DNA of 64,000 nucleotides from Camelus dromedarius (lineage: Eukaryota), in contig NC_087472.1 of assembly GCF_036321535.1 (NCBI RefSeq), positions 95,234,001 to 95,298,000 on the forward strand. Reading direction: 5' to 3'. The position numbers and the translations under genes are program-made. The notes below the pieces were generated by a model. That model did not search any database. It had not been told where the DNA came from and was given only the letters and a program-made list of their open reading frames with translations. Positions within the stretch are counted from its first letter, which is position 1; every line of letters starts with the position of its first letter. Positions 50,858 through 63,632 of the stretch are shown piece after piece.

Positions 50858-52466
50858 AGAGTTTTAAATATTATGCTATTAGTACATTCACTGTCCTGGA
50901 CCAACAGGAAACACTTGAACCTTCCTTTTCTTCTCCTCTCACCACCAGCGACCCAGCAATTGCTACTTCCCTTCAGCATCTGTTTGTCAACACTAGTAAT
51001 GGCTTAACGTTAATCCACAAATACTTGCAGAAGCCTATGCAAATTTATTCCAGATGAGGGCGGCCAATAGCTACTTCTAATGCTTCTGTTTTGTTATCAT
51101 GCTGCCCACCTCAGCTTGAAGTAACAATGTGAGCTTTACATTTGCCAAAAGACGCCAGAAACACCTACTGACTGATTTCCCTGCAAAGGACTCTGGGTGT
51201 CCAACATTAGTCACCCCTATTCCGAAAGGTCAGCCCATTTCAGCTTCCACTAATTGCCACGTTCTCTCTCCTTGTCAGCATCATTTCAAGACAAATCATC
51301 CCTTCCTCTGCTCTCTTTATCATAATCCTTTGAGTACTTTTCATCCAATTTTTGTATCTTATAAAGTGATTGATCGTATTCATTTCAAGAGCAATCTCAT
51401 CTCCTCTTTTGGATATTTCTCAATACTTCAGTTTTAGGGAAGCAGATGTGAACGAGGACACAAGCTGATTAATTTCCCACTTCTGTTACCTCTTTACAAA
51501 CATTTATGCATTATTTTTCTTAGAGAAATTCTAGCACATGATAATTAATTCAAAACCATTCTCATTTTCTGTTTTGTATCCTTACTAGAACAGCCTTGAG
51601 TTATATCTCCCCCAGCCAAATTTCAAATCTATCAAAATATTTATAAGTGATTATTAATATAATAAGCGCTCTCTTCCTCTGAATGATTTTTTCTCGCCAT
51701 CATTCCTTTAGAAGCATTATTTTAAGAGTTTTTCATTTCTCTCCTTTTCATGGTGCATGTTTTGCTTTCCTTAAAAGCACAGTTATGTCTGAAAGCTACA
51801 GCACTCTCAAATGCTCAAACAGAGTGAGCCAAAAAATAGCAGAGGAAAATCACATCTGCTTTTCAGCATTGTGAACAAATTCACTGATCTTCAGAAGGCA
51901 CACTTTTGAGCAGATAAGGATTAAAGGGTTTGGGTTGCATTTGTTAGAAGTAAAGACAGGGCACTGACTACTGTAATTAATGTCAACATCCAAAAGCAAA
52001 AAAGCAGCAAGTCATTTGAGAGACTGATTCAGCATTTTAGTTGTTATGTCTCCAGTAAGAGGGTGGAAAAAAAAAAAAACTAAGAGATTAACTCTTCTGG
52101 AAAAGGAACAAATGACCCAGATGATTATAAACGGAATATTTAGGAGGGAGGGTCATGAGAACTCTAATAGAAACATTTGGGAAGAAGGAGAGGAGAAGAA
52201 ATGGCAAAAGAGAGGGAGAAAAATGGAAAAGGCAGAGTACCAGAGGGAGGAAAGAGGAGAATGAAAAGGAGGAGGAGAGACAGGTGAGAAGAGAAACAGT
52301 AATGCAGGGTTGGAAAGAGTATTGTTAGAACCATTGTGCAAATCACACAATCCGGTTCGCCAGATAAATCTGCTGCACAGGTCCTATCAGAAGAGTCTTC
52401 ATTAAACATCCTCAGTCACATTTTAAGCATACATCATTGACTCTGGGTGAGTGGGTGGGGGTGTGT

Positions 52467-52467
52467 G

Positions 52468-52500
<33 letters not shown>

Positions 52501-52517
52501 GAGACAGAGAGAGAGAG
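52467..52517. repeat. (GA)n/(GACA)n compound microsatellite
   Basis: Directly visible. Confidence 0.9.
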
Positions 52518-52650
52518 TCTGTGAGTGAGGGGGCAGGGAGGTGAAGCCAGATGCAGATCACCAAGTCCACCATATAATTTCACTGCTCATGAATTTAATC
52601 AAGTGGAATACCTCAATGCTTAAGGGATTTTTTTAATTAAATAATTACTA

Positions 52651-52906
52651 AAACTTATGGTTACCAAAGGGAAAAGGAGGGGGAAGGGATAAATTGGGAG
52701 TTTGAGATTAGCAGATATAAATTACTATACATAGAAGAGACAAGGTCCTACTGTATAGCACAGGGAACCATATTCAATAAGTTGTAATAACCTATGATGA
52801 AAAAGAACACAAAAAAGAATACATATATATGAATAACTGAATCACTATGCTGTACACAAGAAACTAACACAACATTGTAAATCAACTCTTCTTCAATGAA
52901 AGAAAA
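52651..52906 (+). mobile_element. Cetartiodactyl-type L1 3' end
   Basis: aaacttatggttaccaaaggg...gggataaattgggagtttgagattagcagat...caacattgtaaatcaact. Confidence 0.92.
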
Positions 52907-52917
52907 ATTATTCGCAC

Positions 52918-53085
52918 TATGACCTTGAACATGATACTTAACCTCTTTAAAGGTCAGTGTCTTCACCTTTATGGGGATTATAATGACACCTGTCTTGGAA
53001 TTTTTGCAAGGTTTAAATTAGCTAACATATGTGAGTAAGTTAGAATAGGGCCTGGCATATAGTGAGCACTTTATCGATGTTAGCC
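52918..53085 (+). mobile_element. MIR SINE
   Basis: tgaccttgaac...ttaacctct...atggggattataat...gcctggcatatagtgagcact. Confidence 0.78.
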
Positions 53086-55829
53086 AGAATTAGCAGTAGA
53101 TGTAGCAGTGGTAAGAACAGCATTGAAGAACAGCATTGATGAATTGGGGCTTAGAATGAGTAATAGTCTTCCCAGAGAATGGAGAGAATGTGGTATATAA
53201 GAAGGATCCAAGAAGAGCAATCAGCTAATAAGGTTTGAATAGAGTTGGAATTTTCTAGTAAATGGGTGTGTGAACTTTTAATTTCATGACCCAGAGGCTG
53301 GTTTTTGACATTTCTGACAAGAATGAATTCCGCTGATTTAGACCAAAGTTCTGCAGATATTAATCTTCAATGGTAGATTTTCTCTGCGATTTAAGTCTGC
53401 CTGGGCTCCAATGTGTAAAAAAGCTAAAAAAGAACGCTGGATGCTAAACACAGCCCTTGGCCCTGTGGTTTCACAGGGTGAGCCACTTTAATGCGCTCCT
53501 CTTGTGATCACGCCAAATTATTTCTTACCATGATCGCTGCACCAAAGCTTTCATACCTGGAGAAGGTATGACGAGAGCTCAGATATTCCCAGCCAAGATA
53601 TGGGCCAAGTCTTTCCAGGAACCACCACCTCATGCTCCTGTCCTGCTATCCTGGCCTAGCTGCTCTCAGTCCCCCAGGGTGGCAGAGGGGGCCGGGGGTA
53701 TCCATCATAATAGTCTGAACAAATTTTCAGAAGAGCTAATAATGTAACATTTTTTCCCAAGTGTCTTAGATGATTCAGACCTGATTTAAAATTCAATTGT
53801 CTTGGGGTTTGAAGGGGGCTCTCTCTCTTAAGTCACCAGGTTATCTGTACCAACCCCTTTTATCCATACATCACTCCCTCTGACACTATAAAGTATGTGT
53901 CATATCTTAGGAGTTTCCATGGTGGTGTTACAGATTGCTTGTTAAGAAGGAGGTAAACCAAAATGAATCCTATATCTAATGCTTTGTGTTCACTTTGAAT
54001 AGACAGCTATGGGTAGACCAGTGACATGAAAAACTCCATTTTTAGGGTTAGAAAAAAGTTAATGACTAGGTTCAAAATTACACCAGTGGTGCAAAAACTC
54101 AGCTTGACAGCAATTTCTAGTGATAACATTTATTGATGAAATCTAGCAATACCAAGTCCATAACGAGAAAATCTATTAAAAAATAGAACAAACTACTCTG
54201 TACCCCCAGACAGGCACTAGAGGTTTGACAACCATGATCTTAGAGGCCACGTAATATCTAATTCCATGAAATGTCCATACTTAATTTTAAAGGTCATAGT
54301 TTGATCCCATATGTGTGTGTGTGTGTATAATTTATGTATATATATAAAAGCACCTTATTTTAACTAGGCTTTCCAATATATATTTCCCATTCGACTTGAG
54401 AAACAAAATTTTTTAAATAATATATAGACCTATGACTAGAAATATTTTATAGCCCTCATTTCCCTGAGTTGTTCACAAATGAGTAATATTACTAAGTTTT
54501 TCTTATTAACTTATGCAACTTTTTATATTACAACCCTAAATTCTATTCCCATGAACTTCACAAATAGATTGTATTTGTTTTCTGGATATTACACACTGAA
54601 ATTCAGCATGAGTTATCCCTTAATTTTTCACTTTGCACTTGTTCATTCTTTTATTCTTTTTCTCCATCAGTACGTCACACTATGAATATTCATTTTGTTT
54701 CATTCAATAAGCATATACTGATTGCTTAATCATTATGGAAATTTCTGAGAACCTTTATACATCAGACATCTTACCCATCTCTATGTCTTTTCCTTGATGA
54801 AGTCTGAAATTTGCTTCACCATTTCTTAAATTTCTAAAGCTTAATAAAGTAGAAAAGCATTTTATGAACTCACTGTACCCCGTCAAGAGAATCAATATTA
54901 GAAAGTACATTCAACTGTCAGTAAGTAAGTTTTCAGACAATTAATTCTGGAGCACAATGGCTCATTCATCAACATAAAAAACATCTAAAGGAAGAAAACA
55001 ATATCGAAAGCACCTGAAATTCTGCTCCTGAACCATACTTTTTTTTTTTTTTTTTGCTAGACACATACCCATTAGGCTTAGTTGTGGAGGCTTTGCTTGC
55101 TGTATAACAAAACACTGATGCCATTACAAGAAAGTGGTTCATTCTGTCAGTTGCTTCTCAGCGTAATTGCGTCACAGAGGACAAAGGATTGCTCAATTAA
55201 CATCATGGCTTATTATCATCTTTTGCTGGGAGGGCTTCTACCACATTAAAAGAGTCATAAAGCTGTTTCCCCAGCTTTGGGGGAAATGTTTATTTGGCAA
55301 GCCGATACTGGCACTATTGATACATCGAATATAGGTCAAAAATATAAACCAAATGTTTTAAATGGAATGAACAAGAAAAATAGGTCTGGTTACAAAGAGA
55401 GCTGAGCAAATGCACAAAATGAGAACTAAGCTACTTCAAGTGCATAGATCACACACTACAGCGGAGCTGCAGCATTCTTTTTTGGTCTTAAGATCACAGT
55501 GTTCCCTTTATTAGACTTAACAGCAAGAGTATTAGCTTTCTTCTCTTTCCAAAGCAACTCATAAAAAGTCCATTATATTTTATATTCTCTCTTCTTGAGA
55601 GCACTTGAATTATGAAAAATTAAACTCTTCCTTTATCAAAATTGTATGTCACCTTGTAGATCACAGGAAAAGAATAGAAAACTGAATAAAAATCACACAA
55701 TGAACTTCATGAAAAATGACTACAGGACTTATTTTAGCTCATTGTTATAGAAGCACTTCTTTGTCACCTTAGTTTAACTAAAACTGGGATCTAAATTTTA
55801 TTCAAGTTCAAAAGGAAATTTCTTAAAGA

Positions 55830-56085
55830 AACACTTATTGGATGCTTACTCTATGCCACATATCACTGTTAGTTCTACACAGACACATACGTGCACGTAA
55901 TAGCTCACTTAATCCTCAGAAAAGTGTATTACCAGCCATTTTCATCTCCAGCCATTTTAGTATCCTTTTATTTTATTTTTACATCTTAAAGTAGATGTGA
56001 CAATTGAAGTTCAGAGTTGTCAAATAACCTCCCCAAAGATACACAGCTCGGAAGTGAAGAAAACTGAATATAAATGCATTTGTTC
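55830..56085 (-). mobile_element. MIR SINE
   Basis: acacttattggatgcttactctatgcca...ctcacttaatcctca...gttcagagttgtcaaataacctccccaaagatacacagct. Confidence 0.7.
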
Positions 56086-57478
56086 TTTCCGTAAGCTCCC
56101 CAATCAGTTGCGGTCTAATGGATTACCCTCAAATTGCTTAGTTTCTATTTCCATTTTAATTTTTGCGCTATCCTCTATTGTACTTGCTTCCTCCCTTCCC
56201 CCTTGCTAAACTCCTGCCTCACAGTATGCCTTCATGGGGTAAAAAATGATCCTTCCAGCAAATATTCACGGAGTAACTACTCTGTCCTCAACACTGTGTT
56301 GGGGGATTAGCGTAGAGTAAGACGTGATTCATGGAACCCCACGAGGGGAAAGGGTAAGAGAAACACACACACAATAATAATCATATCCTAACTAACCTCT
56401 AATTAATACATGAATTAATATCTATGTGTCAAACACTGTGATAAGTACTTACACGTAAAACTATTAATTCTAACAACAACCCTAGAGGTCAGAATTGATC
56501 AATATCCCCAGAAAGGTAACCATGGTTTAGGAAAATAAATAACTTTTTCAAAGAAAACAGTTTGTAAGAGACAGAACTCATATTCAAATTCATGCTCTTA
56601 AGGGAATCCCAAATTAAAGTGATTATCTTTCTTTCCCCAATTTGAAGATACCCACCTTCCCACCCCATACACATACCAAAAAAAATGATGTAATTCTGCC
56701 AACTTGAATATATAAAAAAAAAATGTCTTGGGAATGGAGTTGATATATTAAAATACCCTGTTTTAATTAATATGATAATACATAAGTATATGTAAAACCC
56801 CCTATTTTATAAAATAACCTATTAATTCAAAACTATAGTACTTCTTTTTCTATTTCACATTTTGGAAAGCAATTCCTATGGCCAGATTTTGGTATAAGCA
56901 TCATCTCTTCCCTGGAGCCAGGTTTCAGGCATCGAATACAGCTTCTGGAAAACTTTGTTGTTACTTGCACCAAGATTGAGCCGTAACCCATTTTCACCCA
57001 TCTATAACGCTGCCACTGGTAATCCTATCGCAGGCCAGAAGCACCAATTCTTATAACCACAGGGCCGCTATTTTCTTTGTATTCATCCTGTAAATGGGCA
57101 TTTGTTGATATACAGCAAAGTACTGCTGATTTTCAGCATTCCTTAAAAGGCTTATTTACAATTTCCAACATCTGCAGTTATAAAATTATGAACCCAGGAA
57201 GTCCAAAGGAAGAGGCCTCAAATAGACACAGTTAACAGAAGTGCTATTCTTGGGATACACTTGATGCACAGAGAACTTCTTGGCCTTATATACTGACAAA
57301 AATAGAAGTGAAAGAATTTAATATAAAGTAATTAATCATCCAATTGGAAAGGTGAGAACAAGGAACAAAAAGTAAATGAAAAGAAAGTAGAAAGAAAATA
57401 ATAAAGATAAAAGTACAGTTTAACAAGGTTGAAAAAAGAAAGACAGTGGAAGACATAAACTTTAAAAAAAAAAACTAC

Positions 57479-57706
57479 ATATAGTAGTTTGTATCTGCTA
57501 ATCCTGAAGTACTGTATGCAGAATAAACAACGAGGTCCAAATGCATAGCACAGGGAACTATATTAAGTAACTAGCAATAACCTATAATAAAAAAAAGAAA
57601 AAGGATGTGTATATATATGTATACATGTATAACTGAATCACTATGATGTGTACCTGAAACTAACACAACATTATCAACTATACTTCAACAAAAAAAATTT
57701 CAATTA
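57479..57706 (+). mobile_element. Cetartiodactyl-type L1 3' end with a ~30-bp 5' inversion
   Basis: 57479-57504 is the reverse complement of ggattagcagatacaaactactatat (cf. sense copies near 48152 and 52705); the rest is sense. Confidence 0.85.
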
Positions 57707-57721
57707 AAAAAAAATGCACAA

Positions 57722-57857
57722 GGTGGGAGGGTACAGCTCAGTGCTAGAGTGCCTGCTTAGCATGCATGAGGTCCTGGGTTCACTCCCCAGCATTTCCATG
57801 AAATAAACCTAATTACCTCTCCCCACCTAAAAATAATAAAAAAACAAAAATTAATTG
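57722..57857 (+). mobile_element. Vic-1-like SINE, full length
   Basis: gggagggtacagctcagtgctagagtgcctgcttagcatgcatgaggtcctgggttcactcccc...aaataaacctaattacctc. Confidence 0.9.
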
Positions 57858-57969
57858 AAAAAAAATCTACAGATCAACCTGTAGCTAACCTAATCAGGAA
57901 AATAAAGCAAAAATGCACAAAATAAGAAATGGCATGGGTAAAATAACCACTAAACAACTTCATTTTAAA

Positions 57970-58435
57970 ATTCTGGATTTCTCCCATTTGCACCCCCGGC
58001 CCCTTTCTTTTCCCTGCCCTGTACAAAGCGAGGGCTGACTCAAACGCTGCAAGCTTTCTTGCCCTGATTTCCACTGGGTTTGAGCAAATGGAAAATCAGA
58101 GAACAGTAAGGAGATGAGACTGGGGTATTTATTCCCCCAAGAACCCTCCGACTAGGCTACTTTGGACTGGCTGCATTCCCCTCCAAAACCTACAGCTCTA
58201 GCCAGGTGGCCCTCACTATAAAACCACCCTCTCTGGGTTCCAGTAATCATGCTTTCTCTTTATCCCTCCCTTGGATTGGTGAGAGCTCCTCACCGACACA
58301 AGCCCAGAATTCTGTACTGTTCCTCCCCAATGTCCTTAAACATTGCCCACATATTTGTACATTGTCCTTTAACTTAACTTTCCTCAGAAGGCCCAGGTTA
58401 AATACACTGTTTCTTGCCAGCATTCAAACTGATAG
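57970..58435 (+). mobile_element. ERVL LTR (LTR33-like)
   Basis: cttgccctgatttccactgggtttgagcaaatgg...ggggtatttattcccc...ctctgggttccagtaatc. Confidence 0.7.
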
Positions 58436-59180
58436 AAAAATTCTAAGACATTCTTTGCAAATATATCTGAAAAACCTAGGTTAAATTTATCATTTTCTAA
58501 GACATCGAATTTACTAAAATTGATCCTAATAGAATGAGGAAGTTTAAATAAACCAGTAAATGCAGAAAAAATAGAGAAAGTTATCATTACTACCCCCACC
58601 TAAAAGGCCAAGCCCAGGTACAGGGGAACACAGTCAACTCAGCAAAGGCCAGAGACTCAATGCCAATTAACAGTTTCAGATCACAGAAAAAAGAACGGAT
58701 GTTTACAAAGTATTTTTTTGAAGAGAATATAACATTGATACCAAAACTTAACAGAAAGTGGACAACAAAGAAACATAGATAAGTCTCACATGACTATCAA
58801 AGCAAGAATCCTAAATAAAATATTAGCAAGCAGATTTCATTAAGACATTAAAAAATAGTACATCATAGACAAGTAAGACTTTCTCAAAAAGTATAATAGT
58901 TCAATGTTAAATAACTTATTAAAACAGCTCACTGTATTAAGAGCTCAGAAGAAAGATCACATGGTAAACTTCACAGATGCAAAAAAGGTACTCCCCAATA
59001 CACTATTCAGCATCCATTTATGATTAAAAGAAAAACTCAATGGTTATTTTTCTAAATATGATTACACAAAGGTCCCAAAGCTAGCATTTTATTTAATAAA
59101 GGAACACCATGAGAACGAATGCAATAAGGAATAAGGCAAAGATGTCCACATTCCCTCTACTATTTACACTTTGAGGTATT

Positions 59181-60268
59181 AAACTTCTACACAGCAAAGG
59201 AAACCAACAACAGAGTATAAAGACAGCCTATAGAATGGGAGAAAATATTTGCAAACCATGTATCTGATAAGGGGTTCATATCCAAACTATATAAAGAACT
59301 CATACAACTCAATAGTGAAAAAAACAAGTAACTCAATTGAAAAAATGGAAAAAGGACCTGAATAGACATTTCTCAAATGGCCAACAGGTACATGAAAAGA
59401 TGCTCAATATCACAAACCATCAGGCAAATCAAAACCACAATGAGCTATCATCCCAAACCTGGTAGAAAGGCTATTATTAAAAAGACAAACAGTAAGAAGT
59501 AGACTTAGGGATTACAAGCAAGTGGAGAAAAGAGAACCCCTGTACACTGTCACAGGGAATGTAAATTGGTACAGCTACGATGGCAAACAGTATGAAAATT
59601 TCTCAAAAAATCATTAACAGAAGTACAGTATAATCCAGTCGTCCCACTCCTGGGTAGATATCCAATGGAAATGAAAACAGGATATAAGAAAGATATATGC
59701 ACTTCCACATTTATCAAACATTATTCACAACAGCCAAGATATGGCAACAACCTAAATGCCTGACAACAGATGAGTGGATTAAGAAGATGTGGTTAATGCC
59801 TACTGTGCACTATTATTCAGCCATGAAAAAGAAGAAAATCCTGCCACTTGCAACAACACAGATGGACTCTGAGGACATTATGCTAAATGAGATGTCACTC
59901 AGAGAAAGATAAATACTATGTGATCTCACTTATACGTAGGATCTAAAAAAGCTGAACTCATAAATACAGAGAGTAGGATAGCAGTTACCAGGTGCTTGCG
60001 GGTGGGAGAATGGGATGGATGTTATTTAAGGGTACAAACTTGTAACTAGCAGACAAGTAAGTCTCGGAGATCTAATGCATAGTAGGGTGAATACAGACAA
60101 CAATATTGTATTCTAATCATCAACTGCTAAGAGACTAGAGCCTAATTATTCCCACCACAAAAAAGAAATGATAGTTATGTGACATAATAGAGACTTTAAC
60201 TATCATTACAATGGCAATTGTACTATAACATATAAATGTATGAAATCAAAAATAAAAATTAAAAAAAA
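59181..60268 (+). mobile_element. L1MA-type ORF2 end plus 3'UTR (~1.1 kb)
   Basis: aaacttctacacagcaaaggaaacc...gaatgggagaaaatatttgcaaaccatgtatctgataagggg...ttattcacaacagccaagatatgg. Confidence 0.92.
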
Positions 60269-60714
60269 TTTTTTTTTAATTTCCAAAGGCAGGAAAGAGA
60301 GGGGGAAACAGTAAAAAAAGACAATGAAAGTTCAGATTTCTAAGGCTACTCTAAGAGAATCAGGAATAGCAAATCCAGAGTTTAGGATGAGAAAAAGTAG
60401 GAGTTATCACTGGAGTTTCGCATTGAATTTATCACTAAATAGCTGAGCAGAAAAATCAATAAAATGCAAAATAAATTTGGGGTGAGTCCTTTTTCCTTGA
60501 AAATAAATGGTGAAGACTTAGACTTCTCAGACATTTAAGAAGCACTGGATGCTAGATTATGTGGCTGCTAATACTTAAAGAGTACAGAAACAGCACTGAA
60601 GAGATGAAAGGAAATTTAAATAAAATAAATTCTGAAACTAAGGCCAAAAAAGGAGTTAGGAAATCCCACTAATGTTTTTTGGAACAGTTAGAGGACTTTC
60701 AAAATGATCAGCCA

Positions 60715-61085
60715 TGTGTGGGCATATGTCCCAAAGAATTCAAAGCAGGATCTCAAAGAGATTTTTACACACTTGTGTCCAATACAGCATTATTCACAAT
60801 AGCCAAGAGGGGGAAGCGACCCAATGACCATCATCAGATGAATGGATAAAGAAAATGTGGTATATACATCAAGGGAATGGTACTCCACCTCTAAAAAGAA
60901 GGAAATCCCATCACAGGCTATGGCAACACAGATGAACCTTTAGGCCATCTTGCTAAGTGAAGCCAGTCAGTCACAGCAAGACAGTAAGGGTGTGACTGCG
61001 CTCGTATGAGGCATCTGAAGTCATCAAACTCATAGAAACAAAAAGTAGAAAGGTGGTTACCAGGGGCGGGGGGAGGGGGGTGGTT
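60715..61085 (+). mobile_element. L1MB-type 3' fragment
   Basis: aaagcaggatctcaaagagat...cagcattattcacaatagccaag...gatgaatggataaagaaaatgtggtatatacat. Confidence 0.88.
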
Positions 61086-61189
61086 TTGATTTTTTTTTTT
61101 TTTTTTACCAAAATTTAAAAAAAGATCAACCATGGATTTGATTCACCACAATTACTGCCATGATTAAAAATAAGGACTTTATGATCAAA

Positions 61190-61495
61190 ACTGAACCTGA
61201 ACCCTGGTTCTACTGCATTGTAGTATGGTCACCTTGAAGGCATTACACAGACATTCCGTGCTATGATATGATCTGTAAAATGGAAACAGGTAACAGCCCA
61301 GGCTTGTCAGACAGATGGCCTGGATTTCAGTTCCATCTCTGCCACTTACCTTTTATAACTTTGTGAACTTTACTTAGCTTCGCTAACCCTCAGTTTTCTA
61401 ATGTGTAAAATATGGATAATAACACGGTATTTTCTTCACAAGGATAAAATGAGATAACGTATTAAAAGCCCATCAGAGTGTGGCAGGTACACTGT
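61190..61495 (+). mobile_element. MIR fragments
   Basis: atctgtaaaatggaaac; ctctgccacttac...cctcagttttctaatgtgtaaaat...aggataaaatgagataacgta. Confidence 0.7.
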
Positions 61496-61496
61496 A

Positions 61497-62100
61497 TTCA
61501 TTAATTAAACAAATATTTATTCAGTACCCAATATGCGCCAGGCCCTATTCCGGTGCTGAGCATAAAGCAGTGACCTCCATTATGTCACAGAATGTAACAT
61601 AGGAATAAAGCAATATAGAAATAAAGCTGACACTGGTAAGTGCCACGTAGAAAAGAAATGCAAGGTAAGGGCACGTGGAACGTGCAGTTGGCGGCAGGAG
61701 AGGGTGGCTGCCTCGCGTGGGTTGATAAATGCAGGCAGGCCTCTCTCTGTAAGGTGATATTCATGCAGAGTCCTGAATAAAGACAGGGAATGAAACATAC
61801 CTATTCCTAGCAGCTGTGCAAAGGGCCTGAGGCTGGAGCGGGTGTGGCAAGATCCAGGAACAGGAAGGGGGCCATGTGACAGCGGCAGTGAGTCAGGGGG
61901 AGAGAGGTAGAAGAGGAAGTCAAAGAAGGGTCTCGAAGTCCATTGTAAGGACTCTTATTTTGATGCTGAGTGAGATGCAGAGCTATAGGAGGGTTTTGAG
62001 CAGGGGAATAACAAACTGACACATGTTAACAAAAAAATTATTCTGGCTGCTGGGTTGAGAAGAGATCTTAGAAGCCATTGGTAGAGGCAGGAAAAAACAA
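61497..62100 (-). mobile_element. LINE-2 3' end
   Basis: aacaaatatttattcagtacccaatatgcgccaggcc...tgcaaagggcctgaggctgga...ggagggttttgagcagggga...tctggctgctg. Confidence 0.85.
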
Positions 62101-62699
62101 ACAAACAATAGCTGTACTTGATACTATATTTTACTCTACTATCATTATGTCTTAGCATTATTGTAGAAGGGGCATGACTGCCCAATACCAGGTGGAAAAT
62201 TCCAGCTCACACAGACGATCACGAGCAGTAAATGCAGAGTCAATGTGAGCAGGAAAACTGGCCAGTGCTGTAGATGACACTCTTTGCACTGGGGGTAGAT
62301 TCTGAGTGCTTCTCATTGGGGCAGAAGTGGAAATTATACACAATAAATAACACAGGCTGGGTTAAAGCACTGACCCGGCATTCTGACCTGAAAGTTTGGA
62401 GCTAGGAGACTTCTACCTTCAAAGGCAGAGAACAGGCAGTGGGAACTGGTCTGCACCTTCCAGGGGGCTTATTTTCCCCTCCTGAGACAGGACAGGTTCA
62501 AAGACACACTGGTGCACTGTGGTCATCAAGTTTAGTCTGTGACTTCAGAAAATTGTTTCCCTTCTCCATTTTTCTTAAGCTACAAATGAACAGCATTACA
62601 GTTCTTCAGTCTCGATGAATAAATAACAAAGGCACATGCCTAAACACTCTAGCTGCATTTTCCCTACTTTTTAAAACTCAAACTTGTCAAGCAATGAGT

Positions 62700-63630
62700 T
62701 CCTACGAAACAACCCAGGTGCTCCCTTCTAACAGAGTGACAGCCTGAGTTTACACAGTGCTCTCCGAGACCCTGCATGATCCTTTCACTTTCTACCTGGG
62801 TTCTTTACCAACAGCATCTCCCACTTCTCTTCCTTTCCATCTCTCTGCCCCAGCCCCACTAGCCTCCTTCCTGTTGCCCAAACACACATGTAGAGGGTTG
62901 AATGGTGGGCCTTAAAAAGATGTGCCCCCCATAACCTGTAAACATAGCTTTATTTGGAGGGGAAAAAAAGGTTCTTTGCAGATATAATGAAGGTAAGAAT
63001 CTTGAGGTGAGATCATTCTGGGTAATAAGGGTGGGCCCCAAATCCAATGATATATTCTTCTAAGTAACAGAAGAGGAGGCAATACAAATATACAGAGGGG
63101 AAGGCCAAGCCAGAGACACAGAGGAGAAATCATGTGAAGATGAAGGCAAAGACTAGATTGATGTAACCACAAGCAAGGAAGACTTCAAGCCATCAGAAGC
63201 TGGAAGAGAACAGGAAGGATTCTCTGACAGAGACTTCAGAAAGCATGTGGCCTTGCTGATGTCTTGATTTCAGACTTCTAGCCTCCAGAACTGTGAGAGA
63301 ATACATTTCTATTGTTTTAAGCCACCCTGTTTGTGGTAATTTGTGACAGCAACCCTAGGAAACTAATACAACACAGAAGCTCTCCTGTCTCAGGGTGTTT
63401 GCACGTGCTGTTTCCTCTGCCTGGACCAGTCTCTTCAGATATTTGCATGACTGTCTCCATCAGCTCCTTTAACTCTTTGTTCAAATGTCACCTTCTCAAC
63501 AAGATCTTCTCTGACTACTCTATCTAAAGTTGCAACTTGCCTGATACTCCCCACCCCTCTTCCTAGCATTCTTTTTTCAAAATTCTCTCTTAATATATTA
63601 TACAATTTGCTACTTGAATTTTTATGACCT
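62700..63630 (+). mobile_element. LINE-2 fragment split by a MaLR LTR
   Basis: agaccctgcatgatcc...cactagcctccttcctgtt | ctcctgtctcagggtgtttgcacgtgctgtttcctctgcctgga...tcaaatgtcaccttctca. Confidence 0.8.
62889..63370 (+). mobile_element. MaLR solo LTR (MLT1C-like), complete
   Basis: tgtagagggttgaatggtgg...aaactaataca; perfect 5-bp TSD acaca. Confidence 0.92.
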
Positions 63631-63632
63631 GT

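Larger units (their letters stand above)
57290..59180 (+). mobile_element. Old L1 ORF2 fragments interrupted by a younger L1, a SINE and an LTR
   Basis: aagaaaataataaagataaaag; aacattgataccaaaac; aagaatcctaaataaaatattagcaa; attcagcatccatttatgattaaaa. Confidence 0.75.

Noticed and set aside
60256..60282. A8/T9 near-palindrome as a terminator or hairpin
   Set aside because: Low-complexity L1 tail derivative.
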